Positions 9,615 to 22,500 of a stretch of 41,960 nucleotides of DNA are shown piece after piece. The notes beneath the pieces were generated by a model that was not told where the DNA came from, ran no database searches, and was given only the letters and a program-made list of their open reading frames with translations. The DNA is from Dimargaris cristalligena. Its lineage: Eukaryota. The stretch spans positions 1-41,960 of the forward strand of contig ML002323.1 in assembly GCA_003614675.1 (NCBI GenBank), written 5' to 3'. The translations under genes were made by a program, and so were the position numbers. Numbering within the stretch: position 1 is the stretch's first letter; each line of letters opens with the position of its first letter.

Positions 9615-12600
9615 ACCCCGCAACCGTACTATTATACATCGGAGTGACTGCACACTTGTTAAGAGAGTAGACCATTAATCACGAATCACAATCCCCGATT
9701 TTCCTAGAAACAATCCCGCACCCACCATCACTACTACTACAATACTATACTTCACTGGAAGACCTCCTTCTTCCCCATCGGAAGCTTCAGCATGAATATA
9801 TGTATACACTTACCATTTACCCGCAAACCACCACTGGGTGAAGAAGGAATCCCGCCGGGATATTCCCCAGTAGTAGTGGGTGGACGCGGACGGATCAGAC
9901 CCGCTGCTGGTTAAACTAACTAGGCCCAATTATTCACCCTCGGCTAGCCACGTCAGCATCGCGAGAGAGGTATTGGTGGGGACCATCCTTGAATTCAATA
10001 GACGAGTGAGGGTGAAGGAAAGAGAAACAGAGAGGGGTAGGGGAGTGGGACGTCGGAGTTCCGGGGATCCCACCCTCCCCACTTAGGGAGGGCTGCTTGC
10101 TAGGCGGGGCAAGGAAAGTGTCCCCAGAAAAAAGTATACACATGTACAGGAGGAAAAAAAATCCCCGGTGGAATGACTTATGATGCTGACCAGAGTGAGG
10201 GTAAGAAGGGTGGTACAGGTAAGAATGGTAGGCAGGGTGGGTGATGGACCAGTATTAGATTAGAAAAGAAATGCAAGGGAGAGTGAAGGAGTCCTCGAAT
10301 AATACAAAGGAAAGGCCGCAGTGGGGACTCACTTTACGCTTTTGCCTTTTATTTACCAGTCCTATTCGTAGGTGACTAATTATAGAGAACACGGCGGTAA
10401 AGAGCACATCGCGGTATTCGAGTATATATATATGTAATCTAGCACTCATCACCACCGCCGACAATCCCTGACCACCGATAAAACAATGCTGGTTAATTCA
10501 ACTCGCTTATTCTGTTCATTCCGTTGGCCCAAGTGTCCGGTTACCGCGACCCAAAAACACCCTGCTAATATAACGTGAGTTTTTAAGCTGATATAATTTA
10601 ATATAATTCATTAAACACAACCGCCTCCTCCTTTACCCAAATAATGCCCACCTCTACTACAATATAGATACCCATACAAATGAGAGTCACTGGGACTCGC
10701 AGCCTCTAACATTTCCTTGCTTCCATCCTCTCATACACACACACACACACCCTATTGCTTTGTCCATTCTCGAAAATCAATGAGCCACCTGGCCCAGTTA
10801 GCAGGTCCCGGTTCACCGCATACATATATATATATATGTATGCACTAAATTTACACTTCCACATGTCATTATTAATCTTATCCACTCTTAATAATCATGG
10901 GAAACACTGGCCTGTCGCCGTTTGTGTGGGTGTGTACAAATTGGACATGTTGATTGTTTACATTAACCCAACTGGCCAATCAACAACGGGTACTCCAAGG
11001 CTCCTCGGTGGGCGTCGGCCAATAGCTGCCTAATCGGGCATAACTCAATTAAGGAAATAGAGTGAAAGTCAGTCTCGCTCTCCTCTTTTTGTTTTTACAC
11101 ACTTAAAAAGGGCGGGGGATTTCCCTTCCAACTGGTTGGCTGATGGACGCGACGCGACTGTATCTGGGTAAAAAATGTTATGCAGGCAACCAAGAAAATC
11201 CCCCACACTCCAATCATTAGAGAGTGAGAGAAAGAGCCCTTGCATAATTTTAATAACAATGGGAGGAGGAGGACAAACCTACCGGCACGTGAATTTGATA
11301 AATTCCGACCAATCCCTTAACAATCAATGGGGGTTAGTGTAGAAGAAGAGGGGTTGTTGGGCGGCCATATTATCGCTATGTTGCAGCGAGAAGTAGTTTA
11401 GATTTGCTGGGAGAATGGGACCGTGGATTTAAAAATATGCATTATTAGTGGCAGGGGGGGGAGACTGTCAAACAAAAAGAGTTAAAAAAAGTGAAAGCCT
11501 AAAATACCGGCTGACCCAGCCCCACCATAAGTCATTTGATTCTGAAACTAGGGATACTTCCTAAACAAAAGCAACTTCATTAGCATATATCAAGGTCAGT
11601 CAAAGTGTAGAAGATTCCGGCAAGCTGTTCCAACTGTTTATTTTATCAAAAATAGGTATTAATTCCGTTACCAAGAAACTGGTAAAATGAAAGAAGTGCG
11701 TACACGCCACCCAGGGAAAAACGAATGGAATAGGTAACCAATTCGAGTGGTAATCCAGGTTTGGAATACCGTTTAAAGGACGGGGGGTGGGGTGGTGGAG
11801 AGATGCAAAGACAACGAGACAGCAACGATGCAATGGCTCTCCCTTAAATAAAGTGTAGGGGAGCCGTCTAGAGAGCACAAAAGAAAGGGACGGGATGCGA
11901 TACAGTGGAACAAACTCAAAACTAATTGAAATTCCGATTGTGAATGGATGGATTGTAGAACACAACCGCCATAAAACATGTATAAGCGAGAATAATAAAA
12001 TTAAAACTCGGCCCCGTCATGAAGTAGGACAGGTTCAACTGCCAAATAGAAAGGTGTCTAAAGGGGAGTGGATAAAAGAATAACGCAAGAGAAGGGCCAT
12101 AAAGTAGGGTCCAAAAAAATGGTAGGGGCGCAACAGGTCAATATCGTAACGGAATCAACAAAAATATAGATGGGGGAACAGATTGGATAAAAGCAAGCAC
12201 GGAAGCAATGTTAGGGGGAGGGGTTCGCGCACAGCAAGACCATAACTTCCTCCTATAATCATCCAAATTATTAGTACGGGAGGTGTCTAACATAATGGTC
12301 TGGAAAATGGGAACAAGGGGGAAGAGGGAGGGGAGGTCCCGAGGCGTCGAAGGGGAGGGGGAACTGGGGCGAAGCCGATTCGTGAATAATGGCGGGTTGG
12401 GGCGTACTCTTGCTAAGGGAATGCGCTCCCGGAGATTGGAGGGGGGGAGGTCAGATATTGGATCATAAAAATAAACGGATGGCCGCGGGCAGGCGGGCGG
12501 GGGATAATCATGAGGATAGATTGAGTGTGGGGGAGTAAGTGTGTAGCCATAAATCGACCAAAATCAGGGCGAATTGACATGGAAAGGGCAGACACCCAGG

Positions 12601-13363
12601 GGGTAGAGCATACATAAGTTGTGGGGGAGATGGATAAACTTCATAACTGTACCGAACCCGATAATACCACACCGAAAAGTGAACGAGCCGACGAAGAACA
12701 AGAAACCAACAGACGAAGGAGAAAATACCGCTTGGCGAGTGTGTTTGGGGTAGCCCGAAATGAATCACCAAGTAACCACCCTCTGTGTTCTCAAAGGCAA
12801 AGGGAATTAAGGCAACGAGAAACAGGATGGATTAACTGGATAACAACGGGGTTCAGGAATCTCACTCAAGCGCCATGTGTGCAGAAGCGTCGGGTGGGAA
12901 CAAATTGGGATGAAAAGCGAGGGGATGTGCAGATTTGCGGGTGGTCGGACGAATTCGGTGTTGGGGATTAAACGATAAAGCCATCGTTGGATAATTAAAC
13001 GTGGAAGAAACCAGTAAGAATCATAACGGTGGAGGGAGTGTTGGAGTAGGGCATACGTAAGAGGAATAGCGGATTGTCCCGCGAAAGGGAACTGGACATG
13101 TGTAAAAAATATATAGTAAAATGACAAACGATGGCATCCCCTCCATTCAGGGTTATAGTAGGAGGAGTGAACATTTGTAGGTCAAAGGATTAACGATTTC
13201 GAGATTCACGAATCAGTAAAGAGAGGTCACTTTATGATGATATTGGCAATAGGACTCCAGTAAAGAAGGGCACACCAGAATACTAAGGGACAGTTAAAGG
13301 GGGTCCAATAAGAAAGAGGGGGTAGAGCAAAGAAGGGAAATCAACTCAGTTCTAGCATCTGAC

Positions 13364-15010
13364 TTAAAAGCCGTCCATCATAAAGATGCCGGTGGGCGGG
13401 GAGCAGGCCGAGGTGGAGTGCAAAGACAGTGCGCTCAACTTGGCGGACAGATAGGCCGAGTGGGCGGAATTGGCGCCACCCTTGGCCAATTTATTTTGGG
13501 AAGGCATGGAAATAGGCAACTGCTTCTGGTTGATGGGCATGGCCGAGGCGGCGGTGGAGCTGAGAAAGGCGTCATCGAAGGAGAGGTCTTCGAGTTCGTC
13601 GTCATCGTCATCAGCCCAGCTGCAGTAGCGAGCGTAAGAGCTGGAGACGAAGGTCGGGGAAGCGGTGGCGGTCGAAGTGGTGCTAGTTGGGGCAGCCACG
13701 GGAATGGGACGGGTGATGGCCGAAGGGGCAGCGACGTGGGAGACGCTGGGAAGGGTGGGTGAAAAGAGAGTAGAGGTGGATGAACCGATGGAAAAGGACA
13801 GGGGCTCGTCGTCATTTTCATCGTCCTCGTCGGCCCAGTTGAAGGGCATGGTGAAGCGAACAGCCATGGAGGGGACCAGAAGGTGTGAGGGACGGGACGG
13901 CGAGGCAGCCGCCTGTTGGATGGGGATGGCCTGGGGAGCGGGGGTGGAAAACAAGTCAAAGTCGTTAGAAGACTCCGCCGTCTCTTCCTCCTCTGACAGG
14001 TACCAGTCGTCCTCGCTGAGGGGGGTCGAGTCGAAAGAAGGGCGGTAGGGAAGCGGGGCCACTTCCACGGCCGAGGGGGCGGTGAAACTAGAAAGGTAAA
14101 TATTATCGAGGGAGGAGGTCCACTCGGCAAACTCAGATACAGAACAACGAACCATTTCGTGGCAGAACACACGGCGGTGCAGGAAAGAGGCCACTTCTTC
14201 GGGGCAGTTTACGCGGTCGACGAGAAAACGAACTCCGTCACGGACGAAGGCGGCGAAAGACTGAGAGCTAGCCACATCGGGCTCGGACCAGGGGGTAACA
14301 CCGTAAAACACGTTGAGAAAAATAATACCGAGGGCCCAGATATCCGACTTACTGGACGAATAAAAGGTACGTTGGGTACTACGGTTCTCCCGGCTCATGT
14401 AGGGGCGACTACCGCATTCAAATTCATCGGAGCGGTCGCATTCGGTGGCCAGACCAAAGTCGGTTAGCTTAATGCGGTAGTGCTGGCGGGTGATGATGAT
14501 GTTTTCGGGCTTAATGTCACGGTGGTAGACACCTTGGGCGTGGACGTGGGCCACGGCATCAAGCACCTGCTGGAAAATGGACTTGTAGAGGGTAAAACGC
14601 TTCACCTGGTTAGCCCGTGTGTCCTTAGTGGGGTGGACACGGTTCAGGGAGTCGGACGTAATCCACTCATACAGATCTTGCCCATCGGCAAACTCCATAA
14701 CCAGGAAGCGCCAGTCGGCGGTCTCGAAGGCACGGTCAATGGCCACCACGGATTTGTGGTTGCTGACGCGCTGGTGGAGACGAAGCTCCAGGCGCTGCAT
14801 TTCTAGCTGGTCTTCATCAAGGGAAATTTTAGATAGGCATTTAATCGCCTGGACAGCCCGGGTTCGGTTGTTCTGTGCCAGGTACACCACGGCGTACGAG
14901 CCGCTACCAATGACGGACTTGAGGGTGTAACTTACGTTTCCACTTGGGTCGGCAATGATGCTACCAACCTTGAAGGGGATTTCGGAAGAAGAGCCAGCAG
15001 AGAAAGACAT
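13364..15010 (-). CDS. Ser/Thr protein kinase, fungal Ran1/Pat1-Ksp1/Sks1-like family, 548 aa, intronless
   Basis: ATG at 15010 in ACC-ATG context. Motifs GSGSYA, AIKCL, HRDIKPEN, KLTDFGLAT, CGSRPYMSRE (Ran1-family activation segment CGSxxYMSxE) and DIWALG. Acidic, low-complexity C-terminal tail. Confidence 0.92.
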   Translation of the reverse strand: MSFSAGSSSEIPFKVGSIIADPSGNVSYTLKSVIGSGSYAVVYLAQNNRTRAVQAIKCLSKISLDEDQLEMQRLELRLHQRVSNHKSVVAIDRAFETADWRFLVMEFADGQDLYEWITSDSLNRVHPTKDTRANQVKRFTLYKSIFQQVLDAVAHVHAQGVYHRDIKPENIIITRQHYRIKLTDFGLATECDRSDEFECGSRPYMSRENRSTQRTFYSSSKSDIWALGIIFLNVFYGVTPWSEPDVASSQSFAAFVRDGVRFLVDRVNCPEEVASFLHRRVFCHEMVRCSVSEFAEWTSSLDNIYLSSFTAPSAVEVAPLPYRPSFDSTPLSEDDWYLSEEEETAESSNDFDLFSTPAPQAIPIQQAAASPSRPSHLLVPSMAVRFTMPFNWADEDDENDDEPLSFSIGSSTSTLFSPTLPSVSHVAAPSAITRPIPVAAPTSTTSTATASPTFVSSSYARYCSWADDDDDELEDLSFDDAFLSSTAASAMPINQKQLPISMPSQNKLAKGGANSAHSAYLSAKLSALSLHSTSACSPPTGIFMMDGF

Positions 15011-15464
15011 GGTGAAGAAATAAAGCGGTATGAGGGGGGGGGGTGCAAAGGGGAGGGGAGGGGTAAAAAAATGAAGAGTACAATACACACTAACGCGGAA
15101 CAGTGGCCACGAACGGACAGCAAAGCGTGAGGGGCGCGCGACAACTAAACTATGTGAGAGCGTAGGAGTCGGGCGCGAAATAACAATAGTTAAAGAAAAT
15201 GGAGACTGAATAGAATAGGAATAAACTTAGAAAATGGTGGAGCGACGAACGAGGAGTTTCGGGGGATTATTAAGGGGGGAGGGGATAATAAACTCAGTAG
15301 TAAAGTGGGAGTGGAGAGGTGGTGGGTCAGTAGTAGGGGGTCAATATATACTGAGTATTATACAACGAAACTCAACAGGTGGGAAAGGTCACTCTTTGGA
15401 AAGAAGGTATCAAAAGGGGTAAGGTGGGAGATGTTTTACAAGACGAAGAAGGATTAAAGTGTTA

Positions 15465-15476
15465 TTACAAACTCAT
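15465..15476 (-). promoter_or_regulatory. Minimal uORF (ATG AGT TTG TAA, followed by a second TAA) upstream of the kinase
   Basis: One of only two minus-strand ATGs in 15011-16530; A at -3. Confidence 0.55.
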
Positions 15477-15557
15477 TCTGTATCGAAACCAGCGGGGGAC
15501 GAGAGAAGAATGGTAGGGGACGGGAGGATGCAGGATAGAGCTGGGGAAGCGGACGAG

Positions 15558-15566
15558 CTATAGCAT
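15558..15566 (-). promoter_or_regulatory. Minimal uORF (ATG CTA TAG) upstream of the kinase
   Basis: One of only two minus-strand ATGs in 15011-16530; A at -3. Confidence 0.55.
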
Positions 15567-16501
15567 AATTAAGAGTCGGGAAGAAAGGGAGCGAGAGAGA
15601 GTGAAGGGGAGAGACAATAAAGGCTTGAAGGAATATCCAAACCTAGTATGAAGATGCGGAGAGGGGGACTGGCTGTATGCAGTGGAACTTAGGCAAAAAG
15701 AAGGTGGACAGGAAAATTGCGCGGTTAACACAGAAGGGTCTGGAACGGTGCGCGGGGTTGGATATATGCGCGGTCGAGCCACAGTAATAGAGTCTCCTTC
15801 AAATAAAATTTAAAAAAAAATGGATGTGCTAGACAGTGGTAGTAGTGGTGGTGAGATGGACACAGGCCGCTGGTACCACGGAGGGGAGATAGACAGGACA
15901 CTCAACACAGTAACAGTGAGGAAGATGCGAAGGAGAGGAAGGAGCCCAGGTGAGGTCGGCACTTTTAAATAGCGAAGAGGTTGAGAGAGTGAGAGACGTA
16001 GCAGAATAACAGAGAGCTAGAGAGGGGTTGGAGGCCCAACGTGTGCGAGAGAGTAAGGGGACACAACGACGAACAGACCAAAGAAGTGTGAAGAAGTTGC
16101 GACAGGGGCAGCCAAGGCTGGGAGAGAGAGAGTAGGCTCGTCAGTCTTCGGAATGCGGATGGAGAAATATAGAGTGCGTTCAAAAGGCAAGGGAGAGTGG
16201 AGTAACGAAGACTGTGGTGGGTGGATTAATGGAAAATAGAGAGAGAGAGAGTAGAGGAATAATATAAAAAAGTCCTATTATCGAGTAGACGAGGGAGTGG
16301 ATACTGCTAACTAACAGACGCACACTAGAACTATGGGGAGCACAGCTAGTAGAGAAGTAGTTTAGAGTTAAAATAAGAGAATAGAATAGAATAAAATAAG
16401 GAGGGGAAAATAAAGGACAGTTGGTGTTGAAGAACGCAAACGCAAACACGCGAAGTGGGGAGGGCGAGGGTGAACTATCCGAGGTGGGGGAAGACGCCCT
16501 G

Positions 16502-16509
16502 CTTATATA
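16502..16509 (-). promoter_or_regulatory. Candidate TATA box of the kinase gene
   Basis: TATATAAG on the minus strand, where purine/pyrimidine strand skew flips and where the ATG-free, pyrimidine-rich leader begins. Confidence 0.5.
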
Positions 16510-19500
16510 TACCGTTCTGGCCTGTATGCGCATATACCCTCTCCTCTATATATTGTATAGCATATAGTCAACTCTACTCTACTATACTATGTGAGGTGGG
16601 TGGGTTGGGTGACTCTCTCGTTCTCTCCTCTTCCATTCACCACACGTATTCTCCTCCTATTCTAACATCCCACCATCCCCAAAAAAAGTACCATCCGGAT
16701 GGCGGTGGGGCCAGGGCGATCAACGACCATTGGCTAAGGGGATTTCCCGGCAAGTGACTAATCCGGCCTGATTATGACACACCGCGCCTCTCCCCCACCC
16801 CATCCCGTCCCGTCCCATCCCATCCCCCCTCCTCCTCTTCCTTCTTCTTTGCCCAAATGGGCTCTACTGGCCCAACCCTCTCCCTCACTCTATTATTATT
16901 ACTACTACTACTAGGCTGTACTGTAAACAATGGGGGCGAATCCCCTCCCCCCCACCTCACCCCTATTTTCTGGCTTGGGCCTGTTCCCCTCCTCTTCTAC
17001 ACATACACACGCCTCTCCCTGGGCCCGTTTTGCCACGTACTAAAAATACTAAGAGCCCTTCCCCCCCTACTCTCCACCTTTTCTCTTTATTCGCCCTGCA
17101 GTATTCAGGCATAGTGCCTACATGACCTACCCATTATATTCTATTACACGCGCCCCGGTAGTACTAGGAAGCCAGCTGGCTATTCAAAGCCGACGACGGT
17201 CGTTTCTTCCCTTGAAATTATAATAAAAATAATCTTATCACCATCTGGGCTTTAGCCTAAAATGGGCAAACCCCCAAAATTCATCCGCGTGACTAAGCAA
17301 GCCGTCTACGAACTAAAGGCTTACCGCACGTTAACTATACGATTCCTTCACTATATTATACACACATAAACTACAGTCCCGTCGGTAGCTTAGCCATCCA
17401 GGGTAAACAAACCCATGCTACGGCAAACATGGTGGTTTCAGCTGGGAGGTAGAGTGGTGGTGGGTGAGTGAGTGAGTGAGAGTGCATTAAACCTCCGCAC
17501 AAAATATTATGCCTCAGACTCACCCTTCGCTGTCATCATCATCACACCATATTTGCCATGCTCAGCTATGAGAGGAGAGATCCGGTTCCCCCGTCTAAAC
17601 TGGGCAACCACAATATAAGGCACCTCCTATAGGTCTGGCGATGCTGATCCAACTTTGAGATACAACGACATCGACCTGTTCGCCTATTTACTACTTACCG
17701 CTAGACCATTTAGATAGATGGGCTGACGAGGAAGCTATCCCTATAGCGTGTATACGAAATACGGGAAGGGAGCGGGGTATAAGCTAATGACACGGCTATT
17801 TCCTGCCCTGTAATCACCGCCGCCATTTACTCCACATCTACCCTATCCGCTCGGCACTCCCTTCCCGAACGCACCAATCCGAGCTTCGCTCATCTCGTGG
17901 TGCTCGATGGCCACTACTATCTCATGATTATAATAGTATCACTCCACCAACCAGCCGGACTCGCAATCACAGGAACGTTGCCCTCCCTCCAGCTTGGCAC
18001 GGTTATTTGACTCATTAGCATTATCGCCATCACTACTAATGGTTAATTGTGCGATTGTTGTTAGTCACCACGCCATCAGACAACTCTGCTAGTGGTTATA
18101 AGGGGATATCGGGTTGCCGTTGGTCGCGCGGCCCATACCCGATTTTATCTCAGCCTTCTCACTTAGCGTGAATAAATCGATAAAAAAAGAGCCCTCGTAT
18201 TTCGGAATACTTATTCCAAGGGCGGTGTAGACTTACTTGCCGCGCGTAGTTATGCTTTTATTATTAAAAAAGAGGAAAGGTCACATTAAGGGAAGAGCGG
18301 TGGTTGGGTCACTTACACCAGCCACGGCTTAATCCACCCCACCTCTACTGCGGCCAGAGTAAAAGGGCTGGCTTCAGTAATGATTAATAATAGTAATAGC
18401 GTTGAGAGAGGCCTCCCCCAGACGAGGGTTTTTTTTACGTGTACCTTTTTCATCTTCCCCTTACTTTTCACCGACTGGTTAGCCATCCGTAGTCGATACG
18501 TGGAAGGCGTTGGTGGATGAAGGGGCCACACACACACACCATAGAGCAGCAGGTATATTTAAGCGGTTCTAATTGTATAGGTAAGGAAATGCCTACACAT
18601 AAAAGATTATTCTAGAACTACGCTACATCATCATCTAGTAACAACCATAATGTGGTTCGATGGTCCAAGACTTGTAGGACGAAGATGATATAGAACAACC
18701 ACCAACCAGCTGACCGCCGATCGAGTGTAAAGTCAAACTTGACCACTCCAAGGCACCAGAGGACAATCCCAAGGAATGTCACGGTTGATGAGTGGCTGAA
18801 TCCTACAGTAGAGTAGAGGTCCTGCGGGCGCAGTTTGGCTGGAAGTGACTTTGAAACCCGGGGTTTCGGATACCCTGTATTCTATTCTATTCTATTCTAT
18901 TATTATTTTATTTTAATTGGGGGGAGGGGTGCCCTCCCGATGATGCGACGATAATGGATATACTCCGCAACCATTCTCGAGCCATGTTTACCCTCTACGA
19001 CCATATTATTGACTCCGTTTCTACATGGCCGAGCCCTTATCGCATAGCAATGTTTACGTGAGAGCCGACAGCATTGGTATTGTTTCACCTTGGGGACTAA
19101 AGGCAAGCCCACCCTACCGCTCCTCTCTCCATGAGTGGATTTCGGTTGTCGACAATTGGTCAATACCACCACCACTACTTACCATCGTCTCTCAGCCCCC
19201 CCCCTTCCTGTATGTAAGCTGATTATCGTTTCCCCCCTCGCTTATCTAACCCCATTTGGGCAAGGCCCTTTCTCCTCTCGGCCCATCGTTGCTGCCATGT
19301 CCTCCCCCTCTTTTAGGCCGCCCGCCCCTCCCTCCTCTTCCTCCAATCTCTTTAGTCCCGAATCAAGTATATTCCTAGAATCAACCAGCTGGTCCCAATA
19401 GGCTTTACCTACTATACCCCTAGGGTACCAAACTACCGAATCCATATCATATTGCCATACCCCGGCTGCGTAATGTTTATCTTGGGCCAACGAAAATCCC

Positions 19501-22500
19501 ACCACATTCAATAATACTGGCTGATGAATAGAGCTGCGATTGTAGAGGGAACTTTTCGCTGTGACACCCCTCCTACCACTACCGCCAGCCATTCACCCTG
19601 GCTGGTTTCCCTTTTTGGTGTACCCATTAGCTGCTAACAACCCATCCCGCCCGCGGGTTAGCCGAAAAGAACTTTGCCTACTTCTCCGCCATTGAGCTAG
19701 TCGACTAAAGCGGGTATTGAAACGGGAATAAGAGGTAAGGTAGTACATGTTATACTTCTACTTTCCCAGCACCTCCGAGTATTGCTGTCTGAATTGAAAA
19801 AGCCAATGCTACCACCGCCAATCTCTAGAACTAGACTCCGGGGCACTGACTGATATCACCCCTCCCTTTGATATCCGCGGCCCAAGGAATCGTTAGCTCA
19901 GGGTGCTCTCACCCACTCCGGGGCGATCCCTCCGATTAACCAACGGGTCTATTTGTGTGTGAGGAGGAAGAGAAAGTGTACGTTCTCTGCTATACTATAT
20001 ACCGAGATGGGGCGACTTCAACCATTATTATAGGTATGCACCAACCCGGCCGGTGATCGTCGAATCGAGTTCAAATCAAATAAATTGCCAAATGTAGACA
20101 CGACAGCAGCCCTCTCTCTCCCCATGGAGAAGCGGGGGAAGGAGGAGGAAGTGTAGGGGCTTGCCTGAGTTAATATACCTCATTTCTTGGGCCGACTTTG
20201 CCACATTTCCCCTCCCCGTTGGGCGTGTTGCTCTAATTCCTTGATTCGATTCCTTCAACTCTACCTTCTCCACACTTTTCCATGCATAAATATCCATCCT
20301 ATATATACACACACACAGTCACTGCACGCATCAAACGGGCCCTTCCGATCTCTTTCTTTATCCAAGCCTCATTGTATGTCCCAATTTTCCCTTGAAGGCC
20401 CAAATTCCCGCGGCGGATCCCAGCCAACTTGTAGAAATATGGGCACAGCGTGCAGGGGTTTTTTCTCTTGTTGGTTGGTTAGTTGGTTGCGATCCCAGGG
20501 TGTGTAACAGTGGTCCATAAAGAGGAGGCAATTGAGTGCAATGAGCGAGAGGCTTGCCCCTGGGAAAATGCGGCGCCAATAAGACGCAGCCAAGTTTGAA
20601 CTAAAACTAATAATAATATGTGCACCACACACACAACCTATACAATACACATATACCCCCATCTGGGGCAGTAAATTGCAATAGATACGGTTAGTAGGGC
20701 ACGGTAATCCCGCGGGGGTTCGACTATCCAAGTATCGAACAGGTGGGAAAGTAGAGCGTGGAGCGGAATGTGTCGAACTGTGGTGGCCACGACGACTGGG
20801 ACTGACCAATATCTCCCTAATTTCATTACGGCCACCACAGTGTGCGGAAGAGAGACTACTCTATTCTGCCCCGCCTACTAGAATTAGTAATAAATTGCCA
20901 GCGTGTCACAGGTACACGCACGTACATACATCTCTATACATCCATTCATACCCATTCATATTGATAATGCTGATGGAGAACCACCATCTAGATTTTTTTT
21001 AAAAAAAAACTTGCCAATGGCATCACCTTAATCTTCGATAATTATTACTACTGCTACTGCTGCTACTATTCCTGGTTTTTATCTCAAAGTATAAGCAGTA
21101 AGTATAATTCACTGTCCGATAGTATACCTCCAGGGGCACTGTGAAACCATAGAATCCAAATGCCAGTCTAGGTCGACATGCGGTCATGGGCTCACCGTCT
21201 CCTACTGATCAGGCGGGTAGATTAGCGAGGAGGGGGTGTAAGTGTGTGTCTTGTACATTGCCTTGGCTGATGGAGGCGTGCGGTCTATGACCCCAATGAA
21301 TATTCCACCCTCCCTCCTTTCATTCAGTCGAATTATATAATCAGCCGGTCTCGTTCGGAGTGAAGAAAGGCAAATGGACCCTTCTTTCACATTGGATTGG
21401 AATGAATGGGCGGGTGAGAGGGTAGAGGGGGGCAAAGCCTCGGTCTGGGTCGACGGCCCCCCTTTCTTTGCTGCGACCTATAGATAGATACTGGAATGAA
21501 TGGGGGGGGTACTGCTGTTGAGCCAGGTGGAGGCAAGAGATGGAGGAAGAGGTGGGGGGGGGGTGAAATGGGTGTATAGGTGTGGTGTGAGGGTGGTGGT
21601 GGGGGGGAGGGGAATCGGAGAGTGTGCTCTAGAAGGTACTACATTAGTGTGGATGAGTCGAATGAGGCAGGTTAATCTGGGGCCAGGGTCGATGACTACT
21701 ATGGAGCGGTGTGTACTGGAAGGAAATAGGGAGGGCGACTGCGTACCGTATACCTCCGGAGAAGCCGGCCGGGTGACTGCGAAGCAGATTATTATGCAGC
21801 CAGCTCAGCATCTCCTTCCCTCTCTCTCCTTTGGAGGGGGGGGGGTTGCTGAAAGATAGAGGAGGAGAAGGAGCCACAAAGCGCACCCGCTTCACAGTAA
21901 ACACCTAATCAGCCCAACTATCAGGAAGAACCGGCGGTGACGTATCTACAGTATAGATTGTGGTTTTACACACCTTCTGGGGGTGGGGAGAGACAGAGCG
22001 AGCAAGAGGGTTCTTGGAGGAGGATTCAGCAGCGATCACTGTGAATCAACGAGTGGCGGCGCTACTGGAATGAGACTACTATAGGTAGGTTAGGTTAGGC
22101 GTATTGTGTGTGTATGGATGTGAAACCGTTGCCAATCACAGTCAACCAGATTGAAGGTCACGGCTATATCCAATAACAATGGGCTTAGAGCCTGGTCCAC
22201 ATCACACCCCAAGAGGGATGATGATGAACGTCAGTCAGCTCCGGCTACGGTTCCTCGTTTTATGGCCTGACTGACCGACCTGCCAACTACTAGAAGGCCC
22301 CATTACAATTTGCCCTGGAAGACGCTTTAGTCTCACATGGCAACAGCGATAGGAAGTGGAAACGAAAGAGGAGAGGAAGGGGCGGGGATTATACGTCAAT
22401 GGGCCTTGGTGCGTGAAACCTCCTCCTACTCCCACACCACGCTCCCAGTTTATCGTTGTTGCCTTCTCCCACACCGCCCAACTAAACCCGCGGGCACCTA

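Noticed and set aside
13234-13362. ATGATGA...CTGA as a box C/D snoRNA
   Set aside because: No terminal stem or recognisable rRNA guide; it lies antisense to the kinase 3' region.
13418-14930. Several 100-245 aa ORFs overlapping the kinase on both strands
   Set aside because: Shadow ORFs from the GC-rich codon usage of the kinase; no domain motifs.
14925-14940. GTAAGT donor-like site early in the kinase CDS
   Set aside because: The frame is open and leads directly into the Gly-rich loop, so no intron is needed.
15011-15088. N-terminal extension of the kinase from GTG 15088 (ORF track)
   Set aside because: Non-ATG start through C-runs; ATG 15010 has a good context and lies just before the kinase domain.
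19242-19592. 116-aa ATG-initiated ORF
   Set aside because: No family motif and the C-terminal part derives from a purine tract; cannot be supported without expression data.
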